This document shows positions 39,162-49,521 of a stretch of 64,000 nt of DNA, in pieces. Position numbers and translations under genes: made by a program. Below the pieces are notes generated by a model. It saw only the letters and a program-made list of their open reading frames with translations. It was not told where the DNA came from and searched no databases. How positions within the stretch are numbered: position 1 is the first letter of the stretch; each line of letters opens with the position of its first letter. The DNA is from Deferribacterales bacterium (GTDB taxonomy: Bacteria; Chrysiogenota; Deferribacteres; Deferribacterales; Geovibrionaceae): the NCBI GenBank assembly GCA_050253075.1, contig JBFWJS010000003.1, forward strand, positions 1 to 64,000, written 5' to 3'.

Positions 39162-39535
39162 GACAGCCCCCTTACGAGATTGTCAGCGGACTCGTCATCC
39201 GTAAAGAGCTCTTTGTGCGTTATGTCCATAGTCTCAAAGCTGACGTTGCAGCCAGATAAGTATGAGTAGAATGACACCCCATGCTTATCAACACAGACAT
39301 GATCACCTTCAGAACTGCATTCCTCGCCTTCGTTATCGAAATAAGTGAGATTGGCTCCAAACCATACTAGCGTGAGGCCGATAAATTCGGAACCGGAATT
39401 TTCGATAATGTCACGAGCTTTGCGGATAAGTTCCAGATGTCCATTTGTTAGGCTGACGATAGCTTTGACAGGAGCTTCCATCCATAAATCATGCTCGGTC
39501 TCTACTGAGAGCTCGAAAGTTTTAGCATTATCCAT
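39158..39535 (-). CDS. Hypothetical protein (paralogue of 38790-39161)
   Basis: GGAGG RBS; similarity to its neighbour. Confidence 0.7.
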   Translation of the reverse strand: MDNAKTFELSVETEHDLWMEAPVKAIVSLTNGHLELIRKARDIIENSGSEFIGLTLVWFGANLTYFDNEGEECSSEGDHVCVDKHGVSFYSYLSGCNVSFETMDITHKELFTDDESADNLVRGLS

Positions 39536-39545
39536 GACAGCCTCC

Positions 39546-40370
39546 TTATGACGCTATCAGGTCTTTGCTGGCTTCCAGCTCAACCGATTCTATGATCTCT
39601 TTGGAAACCTTGTACGCCACGTCCACAGACTCCATGATCTGGTCGATGTCGCCTTTGCCCCATCCGAAGAGGTAGCCAAAGGAATATTCGCCGGAATCGA
39701 TGCCAAAGTGTTCCGCCACGATAAAGGCCGTCATTTCAGCCTCGATCTCTTTAACGCTTTTCAGCTTTTCTTCGTTGCCGACATGGTTAAGGACGCAGTG
39801 AGCAACCTCATGGATGAGGGTTTTCAGTTTCTGCTCTTCGCTTTTGACCTCGTTGAGAACAATAGCGCAGCCGTCGGTATAGCCTCCCAGCGGTGCAGTG
39901 AGCTTCTGCTGGGATATGCTGTAGGTTCTGCCGAACACACTCATAAAGCGTTCAAAGAGCTCTGTGTGCCCTCCGAAGTCATTTACGAGCGACGGCACCT
40001 TATCCCCATCAGTCTGGCTGATGTCGAATACAGGGACAGATACAAAGCCTGACAGGCGTTCCTGCTGAACGTCAACCTCCAGACCGGTTTCCTCGTCAAT
40101 TTCTTTGGATTTGTTTTTCCTGAAGCGTGGCGCAAATATCATAATCGCTTTTTCGCCTTTGCGGACAAACCTTCCGAGCTCATTCCACTTCCGCATTCCG
40201 GCAACGTGCGTTGCGTATGGGTTATGCTGATAGATGAGCAGTGTATTGACGAAAGAATAGTTTCGGAGCTTGGCCAGAAAGGAGAGATAGTCCTGCAGCA
40301 TGCCGCTGTTGACGATGTTTTCTATCCCGTCCCTGATCATTTCCCTGAGTTCCATTTTGTTCTTAAACAT
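39546..40370 (-). CDS. ardC: ArdC-like ssDNA-binding antirestriction protein with zincin-type C-domain
   Basis: YSFVNTLLI, VAGMRKWNELGRFVRKGEKA, VFDISQT, HEVAH and EIEAE. Confidence 0.82.
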   Translation of the reverse strand: MFKNKMELREMIRDGIENIVNSGMLQDYLSFLAKLRNYSFVNTLLIYQHNPYATHVAGMRKWNELGRFVRKGEKAIMIFAPRFRKNKSKEIDEETGLEVDVQQERLSGFVSVPVFDISQTDGDKVPSLVNDFGGHTELFERFMSVFGRTYSISQQKLTAPLGGYTDGCAIVLNEVKSEEQKLKTLIHEVAHCVLNHVGNEEKLKSVKEIEAEMTAFIVAEHFGIDSGEYSFGYLFGWGKGDIDQIMESVDVAYKVSKEIIESVELEASKDLIAS

Positions 40371-40539
40371 TGTGTGCCTCCACATGGTTTTGTGACGGGG
40401 CACACTGATATCCCTTGACGGGGTAGAGTGTCCCCGTCTGGGTGTTTTTCATCGTAAACTCGTTAACGTTTATAGCGTCGTTATGTTTTCTACGCCGATA
40501 CAGTTAACAAAGTCACTAACTTTGAAACAATTTGATGTC

Positions 40540-41109
40540 TTAAGCGGTCTTTTGCATTTCGCTGGCAGGCAGTATCTCGTTGAGATATCTTTTGCCGTTT
40601 TCGCTGGTGTAAACAACAGCGTTTACAGTCTGCTGCACGTCGAGAAGTACAGTGTTTTTTGTCCTCTGTGTGATGACAAAAGGTTCCTGAAACCCTGCAA
40701 ACATAATTCCGTTGCCGTCTTTTTTGATAATGACAAGGTTTTCCATAGTGGAAATATTTCTGTCCGGTTTCGGCGGCGATGAAGATGTCTGGGCGGATTC
40801 GGTCTGCTGAGAGTTTTCAGCATTTGCGGAAACTGGCTGTACCTGATGATCGTGCACGATTATTCTGAGATATCCTCTGGAGTCTGATTCAACAAGGCTG
40901 TTGTCTTTAACATCAAACCTTCTTGTGGTCAGTCTGCCTGAAATGGATATGAAGTCTCCGGACTGCGCACTGATTTCAGTGAAAGAGATCAGATAGGCTG
41001 CGCTGGAGTCTCCGAATATTTCGATACACAGAGCTGAAGCCGTTTTGCCTTGATAAGACACGCTTTGACATGATTTTACGATACCTGTGAGATTAACCTG
41101 ATTAAACAT
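40540..41109 (-). CDS. Hypothetical protein with an SSB-like OB-fold N-terminus
   Basis: MFNQVNLTGIV...GDFISISGRLTTR resembles SSB strands; GGAGG RBS. Confidence 0.5.
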   Translation of the reverse strand: MFNQVNLTGIVKSCQSVSYQGKTASALCIEIFGDSSAAYLISFTEISAQSGDFISISGRLTTRRFDVKDNSLVESDSRGYLRIIVHDHQVQPVSANAENSQQTESAQTSSSPPKPDRNISTMENLVIIKKDGNGIMFAGFQEPFVITQRTKNTVLLDVQQTVNAVVYTSENGKRYLNEILPASEMQKTA

Positions 41110-41679
41110 AATAGCCTCCTTAGTGTTATGATTTTGAAACCATACAAAGGCATATTTATGTCCCTGTGCAGGGTTTAAATATGCCCCTGCATTGGGTAGG
41201 TTAATTCGATACAAGAGAAACAAATGATCGGTGGTGTTCCGACTTGTCCGCTATTAGCGGATCATCCAAAAGGATGTAGAAATGTATATATGCTAGTTAG
41301 ATTATACTTTTATATCAAGATAGATTGTTTCAATCAAAGTCAAATTAATAGTAAAAAAGAGTGTTTTATTATAAAATTATATTGTTAATAATTATTTTAT
41401 AGCTAATTATTAATCGTGAATGTTGCCCTTATTGATAACAGTGTTGTTAGAAGACACAGAATGCAATAAAGCAGTTAATCGCATATATTGTCTTGGTAAT
41501 GGCCTGATTTGAAAACACTTTGTAATATTTTTGAGCTTAGAATGTATTTGCGAGTAAGTTTTCGAAAATTATAATGTTTTCAAGTGGCAAGCTAGTGACA
41601 ACCGACTCACATTATGGCATTATTTTTAGTATTATATGTCTCAGTATGTAATAATATATAAAAACAATGAGAAAAAATC

Positions 41680-44600
41680 ATGCAAAACGATAATGTTAAT
41701 CAAATAGACCAGCTTCTTAACTCTAGAATTCCAATAATGCTATTTATTGGCAAAGAACCTAAAGATATTGACCCCTCCATATTAGCCCTACCTTGGAGTT
41801 GTGTTGTAACAACCTCTGTGGACGTTAGTTTGCAGTATTGTTTTGAGATAAAAGATAAGAGACGACCTATCGTAATAACAAACAGCCACGATATGCTTGG
41901 CTCTGCTAAACTAAATCAACGAGAATTAAACATTGTATACTTATACGGCGAAGAAGATCAAAGTAACTTGTCTGCAATAAACAAACAACGCAAAAAAAAT
42001 AATGCACTTGATATGTTAAAAATTATTCCAGATATGCTGAATAGTGCTTTTGGGGCTCTTTTTGTAATAAACTATAACCCAGACTACAAAGATGAAATTC
42101 AGTTTGAAAACTTAATAGACACTGTAGATAGTATCAAAAATAAACCAGTTTACTTTTTTGGTATAAGTCAGCAATTAGCGAACAATCAATTATTTAATGA
42201 AATGCAGGCAGAAAATTGTATAGTAGGGGACACAGGAGAACTGCAAGATTTAGTAGAATTAACAGATGAACAAGATGATTTATTAGAAGAAGGTGAACTG
42301 TTAGATGATGATAAAGTTTATTATTATTCAAATGGGAAAAGGCACAGTATTACTACAGGGGAACTTTTTGAGACCAAGAGTTTTGCCAAATTACTTAATG
42401 AAACTGAAATAGGGATAATAAATTTTCCAAACCACTTAAGAAACGATTATTTCTATCACTTTCTTAAAGAAAGTGCAAAAAGGCCTATTTGGTTTGGATA
42501 TGAAAATCACTTTAACCTCGTCAGGGATTATGAAAGAAAACTAAATGATTTGGTCTATGCCTCACTTAACTCTAAAGAAATTAAGCAAAAACCTATTCTT
42601 GTCTTAGGGCAAACTAGTAGTAGTAAAAGTATCGTATTATCTAACCTAGCATATACTTTATTCAAAGCGCATGATCATCCTGTAGTATTTATTAACAATA
42701 AAGACATTAGTTTTGATATTAACAGCTCAAATTTTAATGCTCTTGATAGCTTGCTATATAAAATTGAAGAACACGGTGCAACTAGAGTTGTTTTAATTTG
42801 GGACAATTCTTCTTCGTCAGTGAACGAAATCACAGCTACAGAAAAACTATATACAGGCCTCATAAACAGAGGCCGGAAGGTTGTCTTGATTAGCTCCGCT
42901 TATCAACAAATAAACATTTATCGTAACAAAATTGATAAGTTTTTCAAGGTTATTAATGCTGAAATAAAATTATCGAAAGAAGAAAAAGAGAGATTAAGTG
43001 AACTTGTATTAAGTAACAGCCGGGTACCACAAGACGTGTTCCAGAGATGGATACAATCTGAACATGAAGACAACTTGCTTACTTTACTTTATTCACTATT
43101 AATGGAATATACGGGTAGTGGGATTATTCAAGGGGTCAAAAATGAGATTGACAAAGGCATGTCGAGTTTGCTTAATGCTCTTAGTAAGCTACCAAAGCAG
43201 GCTGAACGTAATAAAACGTCTATACTCGCTCAGGCTTTTGCAGATGCTGGTTATAAACTAAAAGGACATTCTGGAGGAGCACCAAGTACTATTGATATCG
43301 AAACAATAGAACATTCTCTGAGAGAGTTTTGCAAAATTGTTGCTATAAGTTATCAACATAATATCATGTTACCTGTCTATCTCGTTGTCAAGTGTTCAGG
43401 CTTGGACATTGACAGTAATTTCTATCTAATTCAAGAGACACTTTTTAGCATCCCATTCTTAAAAGTTATAACGAGAGAAGAAGATAGTTCTGATTTTGAC
43501 TACGCTATTGGGTTCAGGACGCCTTTAGAGGCAAATCTATACTTAAAAAGCATTGAAACTACTCCTGAACAAGAAATAGCTTGTATTACAAATCTAATCC
43601 TCAATATTTCTCATTCTAATCAATACAGTAAATTCTCTGAGGTTTCATCTATAGATAAATTAATTCGCACTATTGGCCCTAATACAATTAAGCCTGAAGT
43701 AAGAACAAGGTATCGTAGCTACTATTATAAAGTAATTGATGCTCTTCAAGAATTAAGAGCTCAATCAAAAATATTTGACCCAAAATTAATATGTCAAGAA
43801 GTCACTTGGGTTAGAGAAGTTTATGGTAATCAGATTGAACAAGAATTTGAATACGAACTCCGAGTAAACAAATTACAAGAAGCATCAGTTTTGGCTAATA
43901 AAACATTATCAAATCTTGAGTCGCCGAATATTACTTACCACGAACTGATAACAAGACATAACCTGATAGTAGAAACAGCCTTTATAGAGTGGAAACTATA
44001 TGAGCTTGTTAAACAAAACACTTCATCAAGCAGTGACAGTAGTTCGCAAATAACTTTCAACTATGATGAACTACTTAATTCATTAAAAGAAGTTATATAT
44101 AATGACCCTACCAACAGCTATCCAGCAAATGCACTACTTAAATTATTTAAAGCATTGTATTTGAATAATAACATTAATACGCAAAATAAACTTAAATACC
44201 TAGACGAAATTTTAACTATAATTAACAATATCGACAATGCTACAGATGAGGCATTTATAGATAACGAAGAGTATCTTGAGCACAAAAGCCACGTTATTGA
44301 ATATTTAAGCTCTAAAAAGTATGAAAAATACCTAGATGAGCTTATTGCTGCCGCCCCGTCTGTAGGATTACATCTTAAAGCAAGGAAATTAATAGTAAAT
44401 GCTAACATTGATGTTAAAAAGCCGCTAGACAATAATCAAATTCTTGTTGCACATGAAATTATTACAATGCTTAACAAGAATGAAGAATCTGTATCAAAGC
44501 ATGAAGGCTGTCTTCTTTTAAAATTAAATTTACTTTGGCTAATATATAATGATTCTCCAATTTTTACTGGTAAAGAAAAGCAGTTTACACAAATGAATCT

Positions 44601-45051
44601 GGAACATTGGAAAGATATTAATAAAATATGCAGACAGTATGAAGAGCACATCTTAAAAAGTGGAAAAAACCAGGTTAACTCTCCATTTATGTACTATCTG
44701 CTTGGCTTATCTTATGCCCAGATTGAAGACTACCCAAGCAGCAATGAAGCTTTCAAAAAGATTAAGGAGTCATTATTTTTTCGGCAAGTTAGAAATAAGG
44801 TCTGGCACATCATTTGTGACGAAAATGGTGTGCCTAAAAAATTTCGTGGTTCGTTAAGCGAAAATTACTACGATAGCTCTACCAGAAAAGGCTTTGCAAA
44901 GCTTGAAGCAATTCATACGAGTAAAGGTGGCGTCTTTTTTTATGGCCCGAATATGAAAACTGCAAAATATAGTGGCAGTTTTTCTGATATTGAAGTTGGT
45001 ACAAGCTACATAGGTTTTGAGGCATTCAGAAAGTTGGAAGAGAACAAGTAG
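41680..45051 (+). CDS. Large SIR2-like/STAND-like NTPase/helical-repeat protein, candidate anti-phage sensor
   Basis: N-terminal LPWSCVVTTSVD...IVYLYG; degenerate Walker A VLGQTSSSKS; LIWDN; long helical region; beta-rich C-terminus; AT-rich DNA. Confidence 0.6.
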   Translation: MQNDNVNQIDQLLNSRIPIMLFIGKEPKDIDPSILALPWSCVVTTSVDVSLQYCFEIKDKRRPIVITNSHDMLGSAKLNQRELNIVYLYGEEDQSNLSAINKQRKKNNALDMLKIIPDMLNSAFGALFVINYNPDYKDEIQFENLIDTVDSIKNKPVYFFGISQQLANNQLFNEMQAENCIVGDTGELQDLVELTDEQDDLLEEGELLDDDKVYYYSNGKRHSITTGELFETKSFAKLLNETEIGIINFPNHLRNDYFYHFLKESAKRPIWFGYENHFNLVRDYERKLNDLVYASLNSKEIKQKPILVLGQTSSSKSIVLSNLAYTLFKAHDHPVVFINNKDISFDINSSNFNALDSLLYKIEEHGATRVVLIWDNSSSSVNEITATEKLYTGLINRGRKVVLISSAYQQINIYRNKIDKFFKVINAEIKLSKEEKERLSELVLSNSRVPQDVFQRWIQSEHEDNLLTLLYSLLMEYTGSGIIQGVKNEIDKGMSSLLNALSKLPKQAERNKTSILAQAFADAGYKLKGHSGGAPSTIDIETIEHSLREFCKIVAISYQHNIMLPVYLVVKCSGLDIDSNFYLIQETLFSIPFLKVITREEDSSDFDYAIGFRTPLEANLYLKSIETTPEQEIACITNLILNISHSNQYSKFSEVSSIDKLIRTIGPNTIKPEVRTRYRSYYYKVIDALQELRAQSKIFDPKLICQEVTWVREVYGNQIEQEFEYELRVNKLQEASVLANKTLSNLESPNITYHELITRHNLIVETAFIEWKLYELVKQNTSSSSDSSSQITFNYDELLNSLKEVIYNDPTNSYPANALLKLFKALYLNNNINTQNKLKYLDEILTIINNIDNATDEAFIDNEEYLEHKSHVIEYLSSKKYEKYLDELIAAAPSVGLHLKARKLIVNANIDVKKPLDNNQILVAHEIITMLNKNEESVSKHEGCLLLKLNLLWLIYNDSPIFTGKEKQFTQMNLEHWKDINKICRQYEEHILKSGKNQVNSPFMYYLLGLSYAQIEDYPSSNEAFKKIKESLFFRQVRNKVWHIICDENGVPKKFRGSLSENYYDSSTRKGFAKLEAIHTSKGGVFFYGPNMKTAKYSGSFSDIEVGTSYIGFEAFRKLEENK

Positions 45052-45052
45052 G

Positions 45053-45943
45053 ATGGATAAAGCAATAATTAGCAGAGCTAAAAACTCAATAGCTTTTAAC
45101 TTAAACAAAATTGATTCATTGAATAAGTCCGTTGCTAAACTTGATGCAAGATTGTATGCATTCGCATACTATGAGCCTATAGCTATTTCTGAATGCGGTA
45201 ACTATAGGTTTAATTTTAATATCGCAATACTTAATCTTCATGCTTTATTATGGGACTGTGGCACTATGGTTAGAGATAAAATATTAAATAAATATTATAA
45301 ACTGCGTCCCACATCTTTAATAAAAATAACTTCTCCATTTATTGATGACATTGATAGATATTATAGTGTAATCCATAATATTCGAACACATTTATGTCAC
45401 AATAACAGTCAAGAATATTATTATAATAAGCAGTGTTACAGCATGGTAAAAAACTATTACTTATCAAAGTGTAACAATGCGACCCCCGATATTGCTAACT
45501 CATCTGATGACTGGAAGTTGTTGTTTAATGATATTATTGACATTGCTGAATACATTGAAACTAAAATGAGTGAAACCATAAGAAAGTTTACGTTACTACC
45601 TCCTGTAGACAAATCTGAAGTGATTAATTTTTGGCTTAATAGCATTAAAGAGTATTATGCAAATGACAGTGAAATGATATTAGATACGCTTACTTACAAG
45701 TATCTAATATCTCCTTCTTTCATACAAACGGCACCGGTAACTAAAAATTCAGTAAAAAAATGGGTAGGCCTCAAATGGAACAGCTTAACTAATCGTCGTA
45801 TACCTTATAGAGACTCTTACAATGATTATATTCAAGTGTGTAAAACTAGAATCGGCACGGCATTGAATAATACTAACTGCCCAAGACCAGCCTTGCCTTT
45901 AGATATTTATCATGCAGTTACTTCAGAAGCGGATCATTTCTAA
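45053..45943 (+). CDS. Hypothetical protein with HEPN-like RxxxxH motif
   Basis: IHNIRTHLCHNN in a helical context; starts 1 bp after the upstream stop. Confidence 0.5.
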   Translation: MDKAIISRAKNSIAFNLNKIDSLNKSVAKLDARLYAFAYYEPIAISECGNYRFNFNIAILNLHALLWDCGTMVRDKILNKYYKLRPTSLIKITSPFIDDIDRYYSVIHNIRTHLCHNNSQEYYYNKQCYSMVKNYYLSKCNNATPDIANSSDDWKLLFNDIIDIAEYIETKMSETIRKFTLLPPVDKSEVINFWLNSIKEYYANDSEMILDTLTYKYLISPSFIQTAPVTKNSVKKWVGLKWNSLTNRRIPYRDSYNDYIQVCKTRIGTALNNTNCPRPALPLDIYHAVTSEADHF

Positions 45944-46042
45944 ATTATTATAAAGAGGTAGCTCCAGAAATCTGTGCAGTAGCCAAAATGAAAATCCATA
46001 TTGAAAGCTTATGCATAAAGCAAAGCGCAGAATTCTAACTTT

Positions 46043-46339
46043 TCATTGTAACTCCTTAACCGTCTTATATTTATACCCGCACTTGGAGTTGATTTTCTCC
46101 ACTGTGGATTCGAGGGCACGGCAGTTGGCGTAGAATTCGTTCAGGAGAGTCTGTACCTCTTCTACAGAGAAACCGTCCTGGAGCAGGTTGCGTTTAAGAG
46201 TACTGATGCCGATGTCAGCCTGAGAGAGGATAAGGACGAGCATATGGCTTTCCGGCGTTCTGGTGAAGACAACTTTTGTGTCCGGGCGTTTCGCGAGCTC
46301 TATCTTCTTTTCTACGATACTTTTCTTACCTGCGGCCAT
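46043..46339 (-). CDS. Hypothetical protein, last gene of the tra operon
   Basis: GGAG RBS, overlap with the upstream gene, backbone-like composition. Confidence 0.65.
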   Translation of the reverse strand: MAAGKKSIVEKKIELAKRPDTKVVFTRTPESHMLVLILSQADIGISTLKRNLLQDGFSVEEVQTLLNEFYANCRALESTVEKINSKCGYKYKTVKELQ

Positions 46340-47030
46340 ATGGTCTTCTCCTGTCATTTTTTCTGTTTTCAGAGGCGATGTAACTGCCCCAGCAGAGCAC
46401 TATAAAAATCAGGGCCGTGAGCAGCATCATCCACGAACTGCTCAGCAGCACTGGGCGGATATCCCGCACCCAGTAATAAATTTCCTTCCGGAAAACTGAG
46501 CTGACTCTGGTCATTTTATTCAGCACGCTGTACAGATTCGCATCTGTTATAACCACATAATAGACAAAGTGGTAAAAGGCGGCACTGGAGACAGCCTTTA
46601 TAAAGCTCCCCGTCGTCGCTCCCCAGAATAAATTATTCAGCATCAGTTTTGTGACTCTGCCTGCGTTAAACTTTGCGGCATAAGTGAAAAACAGTGCATA
46701 AACCAGACTGAACGATATCGTCATAACAAACACATATCCCCTGTCGAAGAGCGTCGGAACCCTATGCCCGAAAACCGGAATCTTTGCCTGTATAACCCCC
46801 ACAAAAAGAGGCATCAGAAGCATCATCAATAAACCGCCGTGTATGACGGTCTTCATACCGAGCCAGAAATACTCCATCCGCATGTCGATTGTGTAGTAAT
46901 CTTCCGGAATGACAGAGCCGCCGGACTCTGCGACGGAATATCTCTGAATCTCTCCGATAACCTCAAGCAGCCCCGCAGGCTTATGCCTCTCCTGCGCAGT
47001 TTCTATTGGGATAACTTCTGTTTCAGCCAT
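46326..47030 (-). CDS. Membrane protein (about 4 TM) of the conjugation region
   Basis: Hydrophobic segments; operon context. Confidence 0.7.
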   Translation of the reverse strand: MAETEVIPIETAQERHKPAGLLEVIGEIQRYSVAESGGSVIPEDYYTIDMRMEYFWLGMKTVIHGGLLMMLLMPLFVGVIQAKIPVFGHRVPTLFDRGYVFVMTISFSLVYALFFTYAAKFNAGRVTKLMLNNLFWGATTGSFIKAVSSAAFYHFVYYVVITDANLYSVLNKMTRVSSVFRKEIYYWVRDIRPVLLSSSWMMLLTALIFIVLCWGSYIASENRKNDRRRPYGRR

Positions 47031-47271
47031 AAATGAGCCTCATAATAATTATTCTGATACCCGTGCCGTATGCCATGCATGCCGCAATGATTATGCATAC
47101 TGTTCCGGCGATTACGTTCCGCCTTTTAAAGGAGAACCAGAGCGCAAAAAAGATGAACACAACCCCGATAATTTGCGCCCAGTGTCCTTTGATAATGCCG
47201 TTGTAAATCAGCCCGACAAATGAATTATACTGTTCCATACATTCTCCTGATAAATTTGAAAATTCTGCCAT
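47023..47271 (-). CDS. Small two-TM membrane protein
   Basis: Two hydrophobic helices; overlaps the next gene. Confidence 0.6.
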   Translation of the reverse strand: MAEFSNLSGECMEQYNSFVGLIYNGIIKGHWAQIIGVVFIFFALWFSFKRRNVIAGTVCIIIAACMAYGTGIRIIIMRLIYG

Positions 47272-47352
47272 TCATGGAGAATTTTCTAACCGCTCGCGCC
47301 GAACAAGTCCGGCTTCGCTCCGCACGGCGACGCTCCATCCATGGAGCTTATT

Positions 47353-49521
47353 TTAATCCTGACTGCAGATCATGTCTTTTGCCGCTTCGTACAGCGCACC
47401 GAAAGTAGTCACAACTTCACTGAAATGGTCTGTGCAGGAGCAGTTTTCTATCATAGTTTCATTAGAAGCATCGTAAGGACAGCTTCGCTCCATGGTGTTC
47501 CTGTCCACACCGCACGGACGCTCTTCAATTACTGGCGTATTCACGTCAGGCCTTGTCTGCTGATCCGGAAAAACCTCAGTATCAGTATTGCCTGTTTGGA
47601 CAACGCAGCTGTATGTGCAGTTGTCAAAACTGTCAGTTTCGATGTCTATATTGCCTGCTGCCGTTTCGCCGTCGTTAAGATAATTGAAGTCGCCGGTGTC
47701 CCTGTCCAGAGTGGAGCCGATCATATCTGCCTGCGCCTTTGCATCAGAAAAGTCATATCCGGCATCGGTCGTGCAGATATATGTCCGGCTTATTTTGTAA
47801 CGCTCAAGGCCGTCATTTCTGGTTGATATAGTCCGTACAGTGTTGTCAGGGATAATCTGTGTTCCGGTGACAGAGGGGACATAAAGCAGTGAGGATGTGA
47901 TATCGAACCTGTCACCGTAGTCGCAAATAATATATTTTCCGGCGGAGCCTGAATATTCATCACACACGGTGGCTGGCAATATGCCTGTGGCGTTGTAGTT
48001 CAGGTAGGTGTCATATTCGTCATTTACGGTTTCTTCGTATAGCTGGCATGATTCGTCGCCGGAATACAGAGCGCAGCTGTCTGTTCTCTGAACGCTGATT
48101 TCATCTTTGCCGCCGATTACTCCGGTCAGATAGGCATATCCTTCGCCCTCGCCGCCGACAATGACATCAACGATAGCAGTGTTTACTCCGTTTATAAGGT
48201 AAGGCTTAACATCCACATCAACGCCGTAATTCCAGCTTTTACCAAGCTCGCACGAACCTGAGTTTGTCTCTGTGTAATAAACTCTGTTATCTATTACATC
48301 AAGCCTGTCACCGCCTTTCGGGCCGACATATGCTACATGGCCGTTGATAGTGATTTTTATCCAGTCGTCAAACACAAGCCTTGTGAGCTTGAATTCCGAT
48401 ACCTCGTCCAGGTCTTCTATATAGAATTCCGTGGTTTTGGAATAATGAGCGCAGTAGCCGCTCCAGTAGTCGTTTCCTTTTTTGCCTATTACTACTTCAA
48501 CGAGTTCCGCCGGTGTGGACGCTATCGCAGGAGTATTTGTTATGGTGCAGTCGTTTGATTCTGTCTGAGTGTTGTTTTGCGCCATGACAGTGTTGTACAT
48601 GCTGTCGGAGTCGGACATCTGGCTCAGAAGTTCGCTGTCATAGCTGATACTGCCTGTCTGGTATGTTGCTTTAAGGCTGTCCACGCTATCATTGCTGTCT
48701 GTGCAGGACGCTGGGTCAACAGCCATGTACTTTACAGACATGGTGGCTGTATCAAATTTTGTATCGCTTACCGCTATGTCCAGCTCGTTCATAAGGTGGC
48801 CGGAAATGCCTCCGCCGAAATATCCCAGTGCTTCGTTAAAGGCTGCATTGAATGAGGAGCCGCAGGAAGCGTTTGAGCAGAAACATCCGCCGACATGACG
48901 CATCTGCAGGTAGCTCCGCTCAACTGCTCTTACACGGTCTTCTGCTGGCTGACAGACACCGCCGCAGGCGTTCTTGCACTGTCTGTATGTGTCGTAAGTG
49001 GTGCTGCCGCATTTATGCCTTATCCCGAATTCAAAATATCTACATCCGTTCCATGAACCGGAAGGGGAGCAGCTTACATATCCGTTTGTACAAAATCCTG
49101 AGACCGGCAGTGTTGTGAAATTGGAATCCGGTGTTCCGTCAAGGTCAGCGTCATAACTGACCCGAAGCTGAACTTCTCCGCCGGATACGAAGTTGACCGG
49201 ATTGACAGTTAAAACTTCTGTCTGAGAATTGCACTGCAACTCTATGTCGAAGTTATTTTCCACGCAGGCTTCAGAACAGTTATCAGCGCATTCGTCGGCG
49301 GATGTGTAGACAGTATCTGTTGCAGGGCACTTCCATGAGTCTGAAAGTGTGGACATCTTTTCACTGGTCATCATCGGGTTAAAGAGCGTCTGCTTTGCGC
49401 TGTCTGCGTTTCCGTGCAGGTCAACCATCTCCTTACCCAGATTATTACCGTCTGTCTTTCCTTGCTCAGCAATTGACAATAGCGGAATCAAAAGTATTAC
49501 CACGATAAGCCTACTTATCAT
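47353..49521 (-). CDS. traN: TraN-related Cys-rich exported protein (N-terminal/tip portion)
   Basis: Signal peptide, many Cys, and the TraN-type segment FDDWIKITING...CELGKSWN..VDVDVKPYL; lacks the TraN C-terminal motif. Confidence 0.65.
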   Translation of the reverse strand: MISRLIVVILLIPLLSIAEQGKTDGNNLGKEMVDLHGNADSAKQTLFNPMMTSEKMSTLSDSWKCPATDTVYTSADECADNCSEACVENNFDIELQCNSQTEVLTVNPVNFVSGGEVQLRVSYDADLDGTPDSNFTTLPVSGFCTNGYVSCSPSGSWNGCRYFEFGIRHKCGSTTYDTYRQCKNACGGVCQPAEDRVRAVERSYLQMRHVGGCFCSNASCGSSFNAAFNEALGYFGGGISGHLMNELDIAVSDTKFDTATMSVKYMAVDPASCTDSNDSVDSLKATYQTGSISYDSELLSQMSDSDSMYNTVMAQNNTQTESNDCTITNTPAIASTPAELVEVVIGKKGNDYWSGYCAHYSKTTEFYIEDLDEVSEFKLTRLVFDDWIKITINGHVAYVGPKGGDRLDVIDNRVYYTETNSGSCELGKSWNYGVDVDVKPYLINGVNTAIVDVIVGGEGEGYAYLTGVIGGKDEISVQRTDSCALYSGDESCQLYEETVNDEYDTYLNYNATGILPATVCDEYSGSAGKYIICDYGDRFDITSSLLYVPSVTGTQIIPDNTVRTISTRNDGLERYKISRTYICTTDAGYDFSDAKAQADMIGSTLDRDTGDFNYLNDGETAAGNIDIETDSFDNCTYSCVVQTGNTDTEVFPDQQTRPDVNTPVIEERPCGVDRNTMERSCPYDASNETMIENCSCTDHFSEVVTTFGALYEAAKDMICSQD

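Noticed and set aside
41110..41290. Possible oriT (small inverted repeats such as TCCGCTATTAGCGGA)
   Set aside because: No recognisable nic consensus; oriT cannot be placed from sequence alone.
46043..46339. Possible AcaB/DUF1845-like transfer regulator
   Set aside because: The resemblance is too faint to support without a profile search, so it is left as hypothetical.
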